Of a stretch of DNA of 64,000 nucleotides, positions 10,400-20,474 are shown one piece after another. The position numbers were made by a program, and so were the translations under genes. The stretch is from a virus, in IMG/VR virus record IMGVR_UViG_3300042503_000983, positions 1 through 64,000 of that record; one strand, given 5' to 3'. Within the stretch, counting starts at the first letter, position 1, and every line of letters starts with the position of its first letter. The notes under the pieces were generated by a model that saw nothing but the letters and a program-made list of their open reading frames with translations, had not been told where the DNA came from and made no database searches.

Positions 10400-10735
10400 A
10401 TGGCAACTAGCGTATATGAAGTTGTAGAAGTAGAACTATTAGATGGTTCTGCTATTTCTATGAAACCCCTAAAAATCTCTTTACTTAGAGATTTTATGAA
10501 AGAGTTTCAAAAAATTAGTGATCCAAAAATTGCAGAAGACAATGTAAAGTCTATGGATCTTTTATTAAACTGTGCTGTAATTGCTATGAAGCAATACAAC
10601 CCAGAACTGGCAACCAAAGAGCAGCTAGAAGAGCTCATTGACTTGCCAACAGTGTACAAGGTTATTGAAGTGGCTGCAGGAATTAAGCTGAATGACCCAA
10701 ACGCACTGGCAGCGGCTCTAGTTGGGACGAACTAG
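10400..10735 (+). CDS. Tail assembly chaperone (G-like)
   Basis: RBS GGAGG; lies between tail tube and TMP; contains a slippery heptamer. Confidence 0.85.
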   Translation: MATSVYEVVEVELLDGSAISMKPLKISLLRDFMKEFQKISDPKIAEDNVKSMDLLLNCAVIAMKQYNPELATKEQLEELIDLPTVYKVIEVAAGIKLNDPNALAAALVGTN

Positions 10736-11067
10736 ATCTTGCTGAGATAGAATCAAGAGTATTTCTTCTGGGATTCTGGAAGAACTATTCTGAACTGGAG
10801 GACTCTATATCAATGCCCGAACTGGTAGCAATACTAGAAGCTAAAAATAGTCAAGAATATGAAAGTAGAAAATTCATGGCAGCTTTACAGGGCGTTGATT
10901 TAGATAGTTCAGATACGTCTAAGAATAAATGGGAAGAGATAAAGGCTAGAGCTTTTAGCAAAGGTGCTACATCGAATCCTAGAGACATTCTTGCCCTTCA
11001 AGGCAAAGCTGCACAACGTGCTGGCTTTGGAATTGGAAATGGCTTGGATTATGAGGTGGTTAATTAA
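10696..11067 (+). CDS. Tail assembly chaperone -1 frameshift extension (GT-like)
   Basis: C-CCA-AAC at 10696-10702 is in correct phase; the -1 frame opens right after TGA 10693-10695 and runs to 11067. Confidence 0.8.
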   Translation, partial: PKRTGSGSSWDELDLAEIESRVFLLGFWKNYSELEDSISMPELVAILEAKNSQEYESRKFMAALQGVDLDSSDTSKNKWEEIKARAFSKGATSNPRDILALQGKAAQRAGFGIGNGLDYEVVN

Positions 11068-14000
11068 TGGCTGGAGTAGCTAAAGGCATTATTGATATCC
11101 AGATAAACACTGGGTCTGCTGCTGCTGAGCTAAAAAAGCTCCAACTACAAATTAACTCCTTTAATTCAGCCCTTTCCAAGGGAAATCTAGCCCAAGCTAA
11201 ATTTGCTACTGACTATACAAGAGATCTTTCAAAAGCAATAAATTCAACTGGAGTTTTTACTTCAGAGTTTGTAAAGTTAAACTCCGCTGCTGCAAATCTT
11301 GACAACACTTTAAAAAGAGGAAGAGGAACTTTAGGTCAATTTTTTAGTTCTGCATTTAATAGAAATAGTGCAGCGTTTGCAGAAACAATGTCTCTTGCAG
11401 CTAGAAGAGCTTCTACCTTGCAAACACAATTTATTTCAACTGGTGCTTCTGCACAAGGTATGGGTGAAGCTCTTGCAATTAGACCTCTAGATGCCTATGC
11501 CTCTAAAGCAGCAATTGCAGCAGAAAGACAAGCCCTTCTAAATACAATGTTTAGACAGGGAACAACCCACATGATTAACTTTGGTAAAAATGTTCAGTGG
11601 GCTGGTCGTCAGCTTATGGTTGGCTTTACCGTACCTTTAACTGTTTTAGGAACAGTCGCAGGTAAAACCTTTATGGATATTGAAAAAGAATTAGTTAATC
11701 TTAAAAAGGTTTATGGAGATGCTTTTACAACTCCAGAAGAAGTAAATCAAAATATTGCACAAGTTAGACAACTTGCTGAAGAATATACAAAATATGGAAT
11801 TGCAGTAAAAGATACTATTGGAATGGCTGCAAATGCAGCAGCTTCTGGTGCAAGAAATGCAGACTTAATAGATGCAACAAGACAAGCAACAAGACTAGCA
11901 ACTCTTGGTCAGATGGAGCAGCAAGAAGCTTTAAAGACTACAATAGCCCTGCAATCTGCTTTTAGACTTTCTGGAGAAGACCTTGCAGATACAATTAACT
12001 TTTTAAATATGGTTGAAAATCAAACAGTAGTTTCTTTGCAAGACTTGTCTGCAGCAATTCCAAGAGTTGCCCCAGTTATTAAAGGTCTTGGTGGAGATGT
12101 ACGAGACATGTCAGTATTCCTTGCAGCAATGCAAGAAGGTGGTGTTAGTGCAGAACAGGGTGCTAACGCACTAAAGTCTGGTCTTGCATCTTTAATTAAT
12201 CCAACAAAAGCAGCAACAGAAACTTTGGGAAGTTTTGGAATTAATCTAGATAAGATAATTTCTACAAATCGTGGAGATTTGATGGGAACAGTATTTGCTT
12301 TTGGTGAGGCACTTAAAGGCTTGGATGATTTTTCAAAGCAACAGGCATTAGAAAAAGTTTTTGGAAAGTATCAGTATGCAAGACTTGGAGCTTTGTTTGA
12401 AAATATTGTTAGAGATGGATCTCAAGCAAGTCAAGTTTTACAATTAATGGAGTATGATGTTGCAGCATTAAAAACTACAGCAGAAAAAGAACTTAGTGCT
12501 GTAGAAAATGCTTTAGGAACACAGCTTATTGGAGCAGTAGAAAGATTAAAGCTATCTCTTGAACCAATTGGAGAGATATTTGTTAAACTTGCTATTCCTT
12601 TTGTAAATTTTCTTACAACTATTGTTGAAAAATTTAATGGGCTATCTGATGGTCAAAAGAAATTTGCAGCAATAGCAGCAGTCCTTGTTGGTGTCGTAAT
12701 TCCTGCTGGAACAATGTTTCTTGGTCTTTTAATTAACTTGCTTGGAACACTTGGAAAAATTAGTCATGGAATTGCAATTTTCGTAAAGTCACTTATTAAG
12801 GGTGGTCCAATAGCAGCAATAAGAACACTTACGCAATCTACCAAATATTTATCAATTGAAGAACTAGAAGCAGCAACTGCTGCAAAGCAATTGTCATCTG
12901 CTACACATATTGCTAAAGCAGCAATGCTAGAACAGGCTACTTCTACAGATATTGCAAGAATAGCTGTGGCAAAGCTTACTGCAGAGTACAGAACTCTTAT
13001 ATCAGCACAGGCACAGGCAGCAGCATTTAATCCAGCATTTAAAACTGCAGGTATGGCAGGAGCTGCAGCAGGTGCAGGTAAAACTGGTTCTGTTACAGTT
13101 AGAGCCCTTAGAAGAAATGCTGGTGGACCAATATTTGTATCTGGAGAAACACAGGTTCCAGGAGTTGGAAATACTGACACCGTTCCAGCAATGCTTACTC
13201 CAGGAGAGTTTGTTGTAAACAAAGAGGCAACTGCAAAAAATTATGCACTTCTTGATGCAATCAATAGTGGAAATAAATTTAATAAGGGCGGAATGATTCC
13301 TGGATACAATCTTGGATCAATGGTTTTAAGAAATAGTCAAGCAAGAAATCAGGCTATTAAGGAAAGATATCTTAGAATGTTTGGACCTGAAGCTCAGGCT
13401 AAAGGGATAAGTCTTGAAGAAAGATTTGGAAATCTTTCACTGCTATCAAGACAAGATCGTATTAAAAACCAAAGAGCTTTAAAACCAAAAAATGTGACAG
13501 CAAGACGAACATCGCCCAACCAACAAAGAGCTCAACAAGATGTACAGGAAGGACCTATTCGAAATGTTCAAAGCGTTGGTAACGCACCACAGAGTGTTAT
13601 AGATGAACTAACGGCAGACTTGGTAGCACTAGGAGCTCCAGCTAATGTTATGGGTGAAAAGGCAAGACTTATCACTCCAACACCAAGATATAAAAGAGAG
13701 GGTCCAGCACTTGAGGGTGATACCAGCTATGGAAAAGAGTTTGACTTTAATAATAGTCTGAGGCGTGGAGTGAGCAACCCTAATCTTGGCGTTGCTAGAA
13801 AAGAAATGGAAGATCTTTTTGCACTAAATCCTCAACTTCATGGAACCTCAACTCCAGTCTCTCCATTTAAACACATATTAGATGAAGCTAACCTTGATCC
13901 TGCTCATTATTCAAGAATTGACTCAGCACTAAGATCTAAGGCTATAGAAATTGTTAAAAGGTCTCCAGAATCTCATAAATTTTCAGATCCTGAATACGGA

Positions 14001-17000
14001 AGAATTATTGTTGACTCATTAAGGGCAGCAAATCTTTCAACTATTCTTCAAGAAAGATTGTTGTCTACAGCAAGAATAATGAATACAGAAATTGGTTCAA
14101 GATCAATGAAAAGGTTTGAACCATACATTAAGGATTCTATTAGATTTAGTGATACTGGTGGCATACATCCAAAGTTTGAACCTGTTCCAAATGCTCCTAG
14201 AGGTGGTACATACATATATACTGCAAGTGATGGAACACGAGTTGAAATAAATGCAGGACAGTCACGACCTATACCTGGAAGATTATCGTATTCAAATCAA
14301 AGATATAATGCAGGTCGCACATATAACAATGCACATGCAGAAGTTCAAGATTTTAATGCTGGTGGAGCTGTTGGAGGTATGCAATATTTTGGCAGAATGA
14401 TGCCAAATCGTGTTGTTGCAAAAAACCAATTTGAAAAGTTCTCTGGAACAAAGATTGCAGAGTCAGAAGGACATAGTAGTAGGTTTAGAAGCCTAGCTGG
14501 AGTTTATGAGGTTAATGGCAGAAAAATGTTTGTTAAGCCATTTCAAACTCTTCAAGAAGCTCAGGCAGAATTAATTGGAAATGCGGCAAGAAGAGCAATT
14601 GCAGGAACTGCAACCCCTGGATCAAGAATTGTAAGAATGGACGGTCCTGAAGGAGAAATATTTGCAACAACTGCTCCAATGATTCCAGGAATGAAATCAG
14701 GATCAACTCTTTCTACTAAAGAACTTGTCAAGCAAATTCCTGCCTCATCAATGCTTGGAGATATGGATGCAACAGCTGGAAATATTATTTCAACTCGTGG
14801 AGGAAGACTTGCAACAATTGATCCTGGTGCTGCAGGTGTTAAGCTAATTAGAAATTCAAAAGGTGTATTTAGAAGAGCTACTGGATCTGAAATTAGTTTT
14901 GGAAATGAAGCAACAAATACTGGAGCATATACAGCAAAAGCAATTACACAGGTTATTGAAAAAACAGGGGCATCAAAAGACTTTGTTAAAATGCTTGGAG
15001 ATTCTATTGCTCGTGAAAAATTAACTAAAGCACAATTTACAAAAATGTATGATGATGCTGTTGAGTCAGCTATTGCAAGAGTGTCTTCCTTTAAACTACC
15101 TTCTAGAATTGGAGATAGATCAAAATTAGATGAGTTAGCAAGAGCATCTGGATATAAAAATGCAGATGAAGCATACTCTGCAATTATGCTTAGAGACCTT
15201 ACTTCAATTAGAGGTTTAAGTGGAGAGATATATACAAGTGCTTCAAGATTCCAAGGAGTGCTAAAGGCAAATAGTGGAACTCTTGTTCCAGGTGTAGGAA
15301 ATACTGATACAGTTCCTGCAATGCTAACTCCTGGAGAGTTTGTAATTAATAAAGATGCTACTGCAAAAAATCTTCCTTTGCTACAGGCAATTAATAACGG
15401 AGAAACAAGAAGGTATGGTCTTGGAGACTATGTTAACCCTCTTGGTTCATTGACAAATGCTCAAAGAATAAAAGGAATTAGACCTTCAGCATCATACCAG
15501 CAATCAAGATCCGCCACTGGATACAATGTCTTTAGTGGAATGGGTTCTGCTGAAAAAATTGCACCAGTCCAGGCAGCATTAAAAACAGGTCCAAAATATA
15601 TATTAGACGCATATAAAGAATCTGGAAAAGCAATTTCAGATGCAGCCAAACCAATGTTAACTTCTTTTAAAGATACAAGTAAGTCTGTTGCAAATGGAGC
15701 AAATAATTTAAAAAATTCTATTAAAGATTATGGAAAATGGAATGTTGTTCCAAGAATGCAAGATGCAAAACAGGCTGTGGCAAACACAAGGGCAGCTATG
15801 GGAACTCCTGAAGCAAAGGCTCTTAGAGCAGAAAGAATGCAAAAAGCTGGTCAAGGAATGATGATGGCTTCAATGATTCCAATGATGGCTTCAGGTTTTG
15901 TAGAAGATCCAAAGCAACAGCAAATGATGATGGCTGCTGGAGGTGCTATGGCTATTCTTCCAATGCTTCAACAGTTTGGTCCAATTTTAGGAGGACTAAC
16001 CCTAGCAGTAGGAGCTGCTGCTGCAGGATTCTTAATGTTTAAAAAGGATATGGATAATACTGCTAAATCAGCTGCAGAATTTGGGTCAAACCTTGGTGGG
16101 GCAGCAAATAGAATGGAAACAATTAGTGCTGCAACTGGTTATGGATTTGCGTCAACAAGATCTTCAGTACAAGACTTTAGATTTACAGAAGAGCAGTCAC
16201 AAGGTGCTGCTGAAATGATGCCTTTCTTTGATACTGATGAGGGTAAAAAGCTTGTAGAAGACTTAAAGGGTGCTTCTTCTGAAGAAAGGTATGAGAAAGT
16301 TGCATCAATGCTAACATTTGCAATAGCAGATGGAATGGATCCTAAAAAAGCAGAGTCTTTTGGATCTGCAATAGCTTTTGCATTAGACGATTCATTATTA
16401 AAATCAAAAACAGTAGCTCTTATTAGATCTGGAAGGCTTCAAAGTGGATCTCAAGCAATGATTAGTGAAATTTCTAAAAGACAGGCAGCTGCAGACTCTT
16501 CAACGGTTTCAGATTTTGAAAAAGCAAAAGCTGAAGAGGCAAAAAGAAATAATACTGCTGGAACTAGTTCCAATGTAAAGTATGGAGGAATTGGGTTAGC
16601 TGCAGGTTTAGGTGCAGGAGTTGCAATCGCTGCATCAACTGCAAAGCTAGCAGCAATGGGTGGTGCAATAGGATCAGTAGTTCCAGTTGTTGGAACTGCT
16701 GTTGGTGCTGTAGCTGGTGCTGTAGTTGGATTAGTGGCTGGTATAGCAGTTTACAATCTAGCAATAAAAAATCAACAAAAACAGGTTGCAGAGTCATCCA
16801 AATCATTTGGAGCAACTATTCAAACATTAAAAGAATTAAACAATGCCGAATCTTTATTAAATGAAGAAAGGTCTAAAGGATTAATAACAGATACTCAGTT
16901 CGAATCTTCTTTAAAACAAATTAATGAAATGAGACAAGTTGAGTATGAAAGAGTTAAGAAGGCTATAGACATTGGAGCAAGTGCAGATGCACAGGCACAA

Positions 17001-20000
17001 GGAATTAAAGACCAGTTAGTGCTTTCTGGATTTAAGGGAGATACTGCTCAGGCAGTTGCATCTAATGTAACAACTGATAGTATTTCAAATAAGCTGTTCC
17101 AAAAAGATATGGACAAGCTAGATCAAGCTCAAAAAGATGTAGTAACTGGAATTATGGCAAGCACTTTGGATGGAATAACTGAAGAAAATGCTGGAGCAAA
17201 AATTGGAGACATAACAGACATCTATGCAAAAATAGCAGATGAACTAGTTACAGCAGCAGCAGATGGCTTAACCTCAGAAGAAATTAGGGCTGAAGCAGAA
17301 AAGGAACAAATTAGAAAGTTTGCTGAATCTGCAGCATCTAATCTTGTGAACCTAACTCCTGAACAACAGGCTGCAAGAGCAAATACTATGGCAAGCAATG
17401 TTAGTGCTGCACTTCCTAATGTAAATAAGATGGGTGTCACTACTTCTCAACTAGTAAGTGGAATTTCAGGGGTAAGTGCAGAAGATCAAGCAAAGATAAC
17501 AGAGTCAACTGCTAATGTTGAAAAATTTGCACAGCTTTTAAATAGTCTTCCAGAAGGATATGACCTATCTCTAGCAATGGAATATTTCTCTGGAGATAAT
17601 AAAGAACAAGATGTAGATGCATTCTATAAAACACAAAAAGATGCTATTGATAAAATTGCAGAACTTATGCCAAAGGGAGCAGATGCTCAGGCAATCTATA
17701 CCGCACTCAAAGGACCTGGAAAAGATCCAGTTAAAGAGTTAGAGGCTGCAAATAAAAAAGCTCAAGAAATGTTTGATTCTCTAGGTGGAGATGAAGCTAA
17801 AGTAAAGAGCGTTGTATTTGAAAGTACTGGGTACGACATGACACAGGCAGAAGTAGATGCCTTTGGTGCACTTCCTGCAAGTGAGCAAAAATCATATTTA
17901 GCATCATTTACCATTGCAACTATGTCAGTTGGAAATGCACCAACTATTCCTCAGTCAGGAGCTCCTGCAGAAATGTCAGCCTACTACAAGAGACTAGAGG
18001 TTTGGAAAAAAGCTGTAGCAGATCAACAAAAAGCTATCCAGTCAGTAATTCCTCAGACAGTTGTTAATACTGATGACAACGGTAGTAGCTCTGGCGGAAC
18101 AAAGCCTCCTAGCAAAAAGGCTCAAGCAAAAACTTTCTTAAAAGATGCTACTACGAATAACAAAGTTCTTAAAAATTACACAAACCTAGTTAAAGGTGCT
18201 GCAACAGCTAACAATATAGAAGCCCTTAGCATGATTCCTCAAGATGTATACATGAATCTTTCTACTGAAAATAGAAAGAAATTGATTAAAGAAATGCAAA
18301 AGCAAATTGCGTATCAACAAAGATTAAATGCAGTAACAGTTTTAGCAGAAACTCAAAAAGCTACAGCAGATATGAAAAAATATTCAAAAGCACTTAACTC
18401 TTTGGGTGTTGTAATAACTTCAGATATCGAAGGAATGATTGACCAGAAAGCATTCCTTGCTATGACTACTGAAGAAAGAAAGGCATACATTGCAGAGCTG
18501 AATAAACAATCAGTAGCACAAGCTAAGCTAGCAGCAACTATGGCACTTGCAGATGCCAAAAAACAAACTAGCGATATGCAAAAATATTCTGCTGCACTAG
18601 GTGGACTAGGTGTTGCAATAAGCTCAGACATTGAAGGAATGATTGATCAAAAAGCATTCCTTGCTATGAACACTGCTCAAAGAAAAGCATATATTGCAGA
18701 GCTAAATAAGCAGACTTTGGCACAGGCTAAGCTAGCAGCTGCAATGGAAATTACAGACATGCAACAACAAACTCAAGAAATGCAAAATTACTTTAATGCA
18801 ATTTCTCCAATCGCTGCTGCTGCTGGGGCAGAAGTTTTGGGAATGATAGATACAGAAAAGTATCTTGCAATGACTACTACACAAAGGGAGGAATATGTAA
18901 AACAGCTAACTTCTCAGCTAAATGTTCAAAGAGCACTTGATTATTTAACACAGACTTCTCAAGAAAGAACAATGGATGCAATAGATGCAGAATCTTCAGC
19001 AATAAATATTAAGAATTCTGCATTACAAAACTCCCTTTCTGGAATGGAAAGAGAAAATGAGTTAATACAACGTCAAATAAGTTTAAGAAACCATGCTCTT
19101 GATTTGTTAGCAAAAGAAGAAGAAAAGATTAATACAACTTATGATGATAGAGTAAAGGCTCTTGATAAGGTTGCTAATGCAAATGATAGAATTGCTCAAA
19201 AAGATCGTTCAAGATTAGACCTAGCTTCAGCACTTGCATCTGGAGATATTTCTGCTGCAGCAGGTGCAGCAAGTGCAATGCAACAAGAAGAGGCACAGTT
19301 TAGAATTGAGGACGCAAGGGCAGCACTTGAAGCAAAAAGACAAAAAGAACTTGAATCGTTAACAGTTTCTGTAAATGGTGTAATGATGACAAGAAAGCAA
19401 ATTACAGAACAAATATCTCAGTTTGGTGAGACTATTTACAAAAATGAACAAGACATGATTTTAATTCAAGACCAACTTTATGCTAACTCTCTTGCACAAA
19501 AAGTACTAGATGATCAAAGAATGAAGTTAGAACAGCAAGTTTTGTTAATAAAAATGAGACAAAATATTGAAGCCTTAAGAGCACAGGGGTTAACTGGTCA
19601 AGCTTTAATAGATTTTCAAAATTATATTGATGCCTATAATACCCTTCAGGCAGCAGCTGCAGCAGCTGACATTGGAAATCCTGGAGCTGCTGCAAATACA
19701 ACATTGGGTGCTGGTGGCGGAGGAGGAGCTGCTGCAGTAATTGCTGCTCCAACTCCTGTAGCTGCTGTAACTCCAGTAACTCCACCACCACCGCCTCCTC
19801 CACCACCGCCTCCTCCACCACCTCCACCGCCACCACCTCCACCGCCACCACCGCCACCACCACCTGTTTATAGCTATTATACAAAAGCTCAATTCAATGC
19901 TGGAATAAAAGACTCAAAAGTTTCTTATGGAAATGGAAGTGAGCAGCATTACATAGCCAGAAAGTTGGGCTATTCGAATCCAACTGCTAGAACAGTAAAA

Positions 20001-20474
20001 GCAGACGAGATGGACAATGTTTATTGGGCTCTTTCAGAAGCAAGAAGGCAAGAGATTACAGAGTTAGTAAAAGAAGCAAGAGCCTCTACATCAAAAGCAT
20101 TTTCTGGATATAACAGTGGAGGTCTTGTTGCAGGACCTGGAAATACTGACAGTATATCTGCAATGCTCACCCCTGGAGAATTTGTAGTAAGAAGATCTAT
20201 GGTGGATAAATATGGAATGTCACTGCTTGAAGCAATAAATATGGGTGCTTTTAAAATGCCAAACATGCAGGAGCCTAAGTTTAGCTTTAGTGATTCTGGA
20301 AGATATGATACTGGAATTAGTGATGCAAGAGTTACTGAAACAATGTATAATAATGTATATAACTTAAATGTTAATGTTGCTGGAACAGATGCCTCACCAG
20401 ACGATATTGCAAATGTAGTTATGGCAAAGCTTTCACAGCAAAATAGAGGAAATTTAAGGAGCAATAGATACTAA
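11067..20474 (+). CDS. Tape measure protein, 3135 aa, with internal cargo domains
   Basis: N-terminal TP901-like TMP region, hydrophobic segments, coiled coils, three TD(T/S)xxAMLTPGEFV motifs. Confidence 0.95.
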   Translation: MAGVAKGIIDIQINTGSAAAELKKLQLQINSFNSALSKGNLAQAKFATDYTRDLSKAINSTGVFTSEFVKLNSAAANLDNTLKRGRGTLGQFFSSAFNRNSAAFAETMSLAARRASTLQTQFISTGASAQGMGEALAIRPLDAYASKAAIAAERQALLNTMFRQGTTHMINFGKNVQWAGRQLMVGFTVPLTVLGTVAGKTFMDIEKELVNLKKVYGDAFTTPEEVNQNIAQVRQLAEEYTKYGIAVKDTIGMAANAAASGARNADLIDATRQATRLATLGQMEQQEALKTTIALQSAFRLSGEDLADTINFLNMVENQTVVSLQDLSAAIPRVAPVIKGLGGDVRDMSVFLAAMQEGGVSAEQGANALKSGLASLINPTKAATETLGSFGINLDKIISTNRGDLMGTVFAFGEALKGLDDFSKQQALEKVFGKYQYARLGALFENIVRDGSQASQVLQLMEYDVAALKTTAEKELSAVENALGTQLIGAVERLKLSLEPIGEIFVKLAIPFVNFLTTIVEKFNGLSDGQKKFAAIAAVLVGVVIPAGTMFLGLLINLLGTLGKISHGIAIFVKSLIKGGPIAAIRTLTQSTKYLSIEELEAATAAKQLSSATHIAKAAMLEQATSTDIARIAVAKLTAEYRTLISAQAQAAAFNPAFKTAGMAGAAAGAGKTGSVTVRALRRNAGGPIFVSGETQVPGVGNTDTVPAMLTPGEFVVNKEATAKNYALLDAINSGNKFNKGGMIPGYNLGSMVLRNSQARNQAIKERYLRMFGPEAQAKGISLEERFGNLSLLSRQDRIKNQRALKPKNVTARRTSPNQQRAQQDVQEGPIRNVQSVGNAPQSVIDELTADLVALGAPANVMGEKARLITPTPRYKREGPALEGDTSYGKEFDFNNSLRRGVSNPNLGVARKEMEDLFALNPQLHGTSTPVSPFKHILDEANLDPAHYSRIDSALRSKAIEIVKRSPESHKFSDPEYGRIIVDSLRAANLSTILQERLLSTARIMNTEIGSRSMKRFEPYIKDSIRFSDTGGIHPKFEPVPNAPRGGTYIYTASDGTRVEINAGQSRPIPGRLSYSNQRYNAGRTYNNAHAEVQDFNAGGAVGGMQYFGRMMPNRVVAKNQFEKFSGTKIAESEGHSSRFRSLAGVYEVNGRKMFVKPFQTLQEAQAELIGNAARRAIAGTATPGSRIVRMDGPEGEIFATTAPMIPGMKSGSTLSTKELVKQIPASSMLGDMDATAGNIISTRGGRLATIDPGAAGVKLIRNSKGVFRRATGSEISFGNEATNTGAYTAKAITQVIEKTGASKDFVKMLGDSIAREKLTKAQFTKMYDDAVESAIARVSSFKLPSRIGDRSKLDELARASGYKNADEAYSAIMLRDLTSIRGLSGEIYTSASRFQGVLKANSGTLVPGVGNTDTVPAMLTPGEFVINKDATAKNLPLLQAINNGETRRYGLGDYVNPLGSLTNAQRIKGIRPSASYQQSRSATGYNVFSGMGSAEKIAPVQAALKTGPKYILDAYKESGKAISDAAKPMLTSFKDTSKSVANGANNLKNSIKDYGKWNVVPRMQDAKQAVANTRAAMGTPEAKALRAERMQKAGQGMMMASMIPMMASGFVEDPKQQQMMMAAGGAMAILPMLQQFGPILGGLTLAVGAAAAGFLMFKKDMDNTAKSAAEFGSNLGGAANRMETISAATGYGFASTRSSVQDFRFTEEQSQGAAEMMPFFDTDEGKKLVEDLKGASSEERYEKVASMLTFAIADGMDPKKAESFGSAIAFALDDSLLKSKTVALIRSGRLQSGSQAMISEISKRQAAADSSTVSDFEKAKAEEAKRNNTAGTSSNVKYGGIGLAAGLGAGVAIAASTAKLAAMGGAIGSVVPVVGTAVGAVAGAVVGLVAGIAVYNLAIKNQQKQVAESSKSFGATIQTLKELNNAESLLNEERSKGLITDTQFESSLKQINEMRQVEYERVKKAIDIGASADAQAQGIKDQLVLSGFKGDTAQAVASNVTTDSISNKLFQKDMDKLDQAQKDVVTGIMASTLDGITEENAGAKIGDITDIYAKIADELVTAAADGLTSEEIRAEAEKEQIRKFAESAASNLVNLTPEQQAARANTMASNVSAALPNVNKMGVTTSQLVSGISGVSAEDQAKITESTANVEKFAQLLNSLPEGYDLSLAMEYFSGDNKEQDVDAFYKTQKDAIDKIAELMPKGADAQAIYTALKGPGKDPVKELEAANKKAQEMFDSLGGDEAKVKSVVFESTGYDMTQAEVDAFGALPASEQKSYLASFTIATMSVGNAPTIPQSGAPAEMSAYYKRLEVWKKAVADQQKAIQSVIPQTVVNTDDNGSSSGGTKPPSKKAQAKTFLKDATTNNKVLKNYTNLVKGAATANNIEALSMIPQDVYMNLSTENRKKLIKEMQKQIAYQQRLNAVTVLAETQKATADMKKYSKALNSLGVVITSDIEGMIDQKAFLAMTTEERKAYIAELNKQSVAQAKLAATMALADAKKQTSDMQKYSAALGGLGVAISSDIEGMIDQKAFLAMNTAQRKAYIAELNKQTLAQAKLAAAMEITDMQQQTQEMQNYFNAISPIAAAAGAEVLGMIDTEKYLAMTTTQREEYVKQLTSQLNVQRALDYLTQTSQERTMDAIDAESSAINIKNSALQNSLSGMERENELIQRQISLRNHALDLLAKEEEKINTTYDDRVKALDKVANANDRIAQKDRSRLDLASALASGDISAAAGAASAMQQEEAQFRIEDARAALEAKRQKELESLTVSVNGVMMTRKQITEQISQFGETIYKNEQDMILIQDQLYANSLAQKVLDDQRMKLEQQVLLIKMRQNIEALRAQGLTGQALIDFQNYIDAYNTLQAAAAAADIGNPGAAANTTLGAGGGGGAAAVIAAPTPVAAVTPVTPPPPPPPPPPPPPPPPPPPPPPPPPPPPVYSYYTKAQFNAGIKDSKVSYGNGSEQHYIARKLGYSNPTARTVKADEMDNVYWALSEARRQEITELVKEARASTSKAFSGYNSGGLVAGPGNTDSISAMLTPGEFVVRRSMVDKYGMSLLEAINMGAFKMPNMQEPKFSFSDSGRYDTGISDARVTETMYNNVYNLNVNVAGTDASPDDIANVVMAKLSQQNRGNLRSNRY
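19782..19865 (+). repeat. Poly-proline run (28 Pro) in TMP
   Basis: Uninterrupted CCA/CCG/CCT codons. Confidence 0.95.

Noticed and set aside
19483-19892. Antisense Trp/Arg-rich and Val/Glu-rich ORFs
   Set aside because: They are simply the reverse complement of the poly-Pro tract
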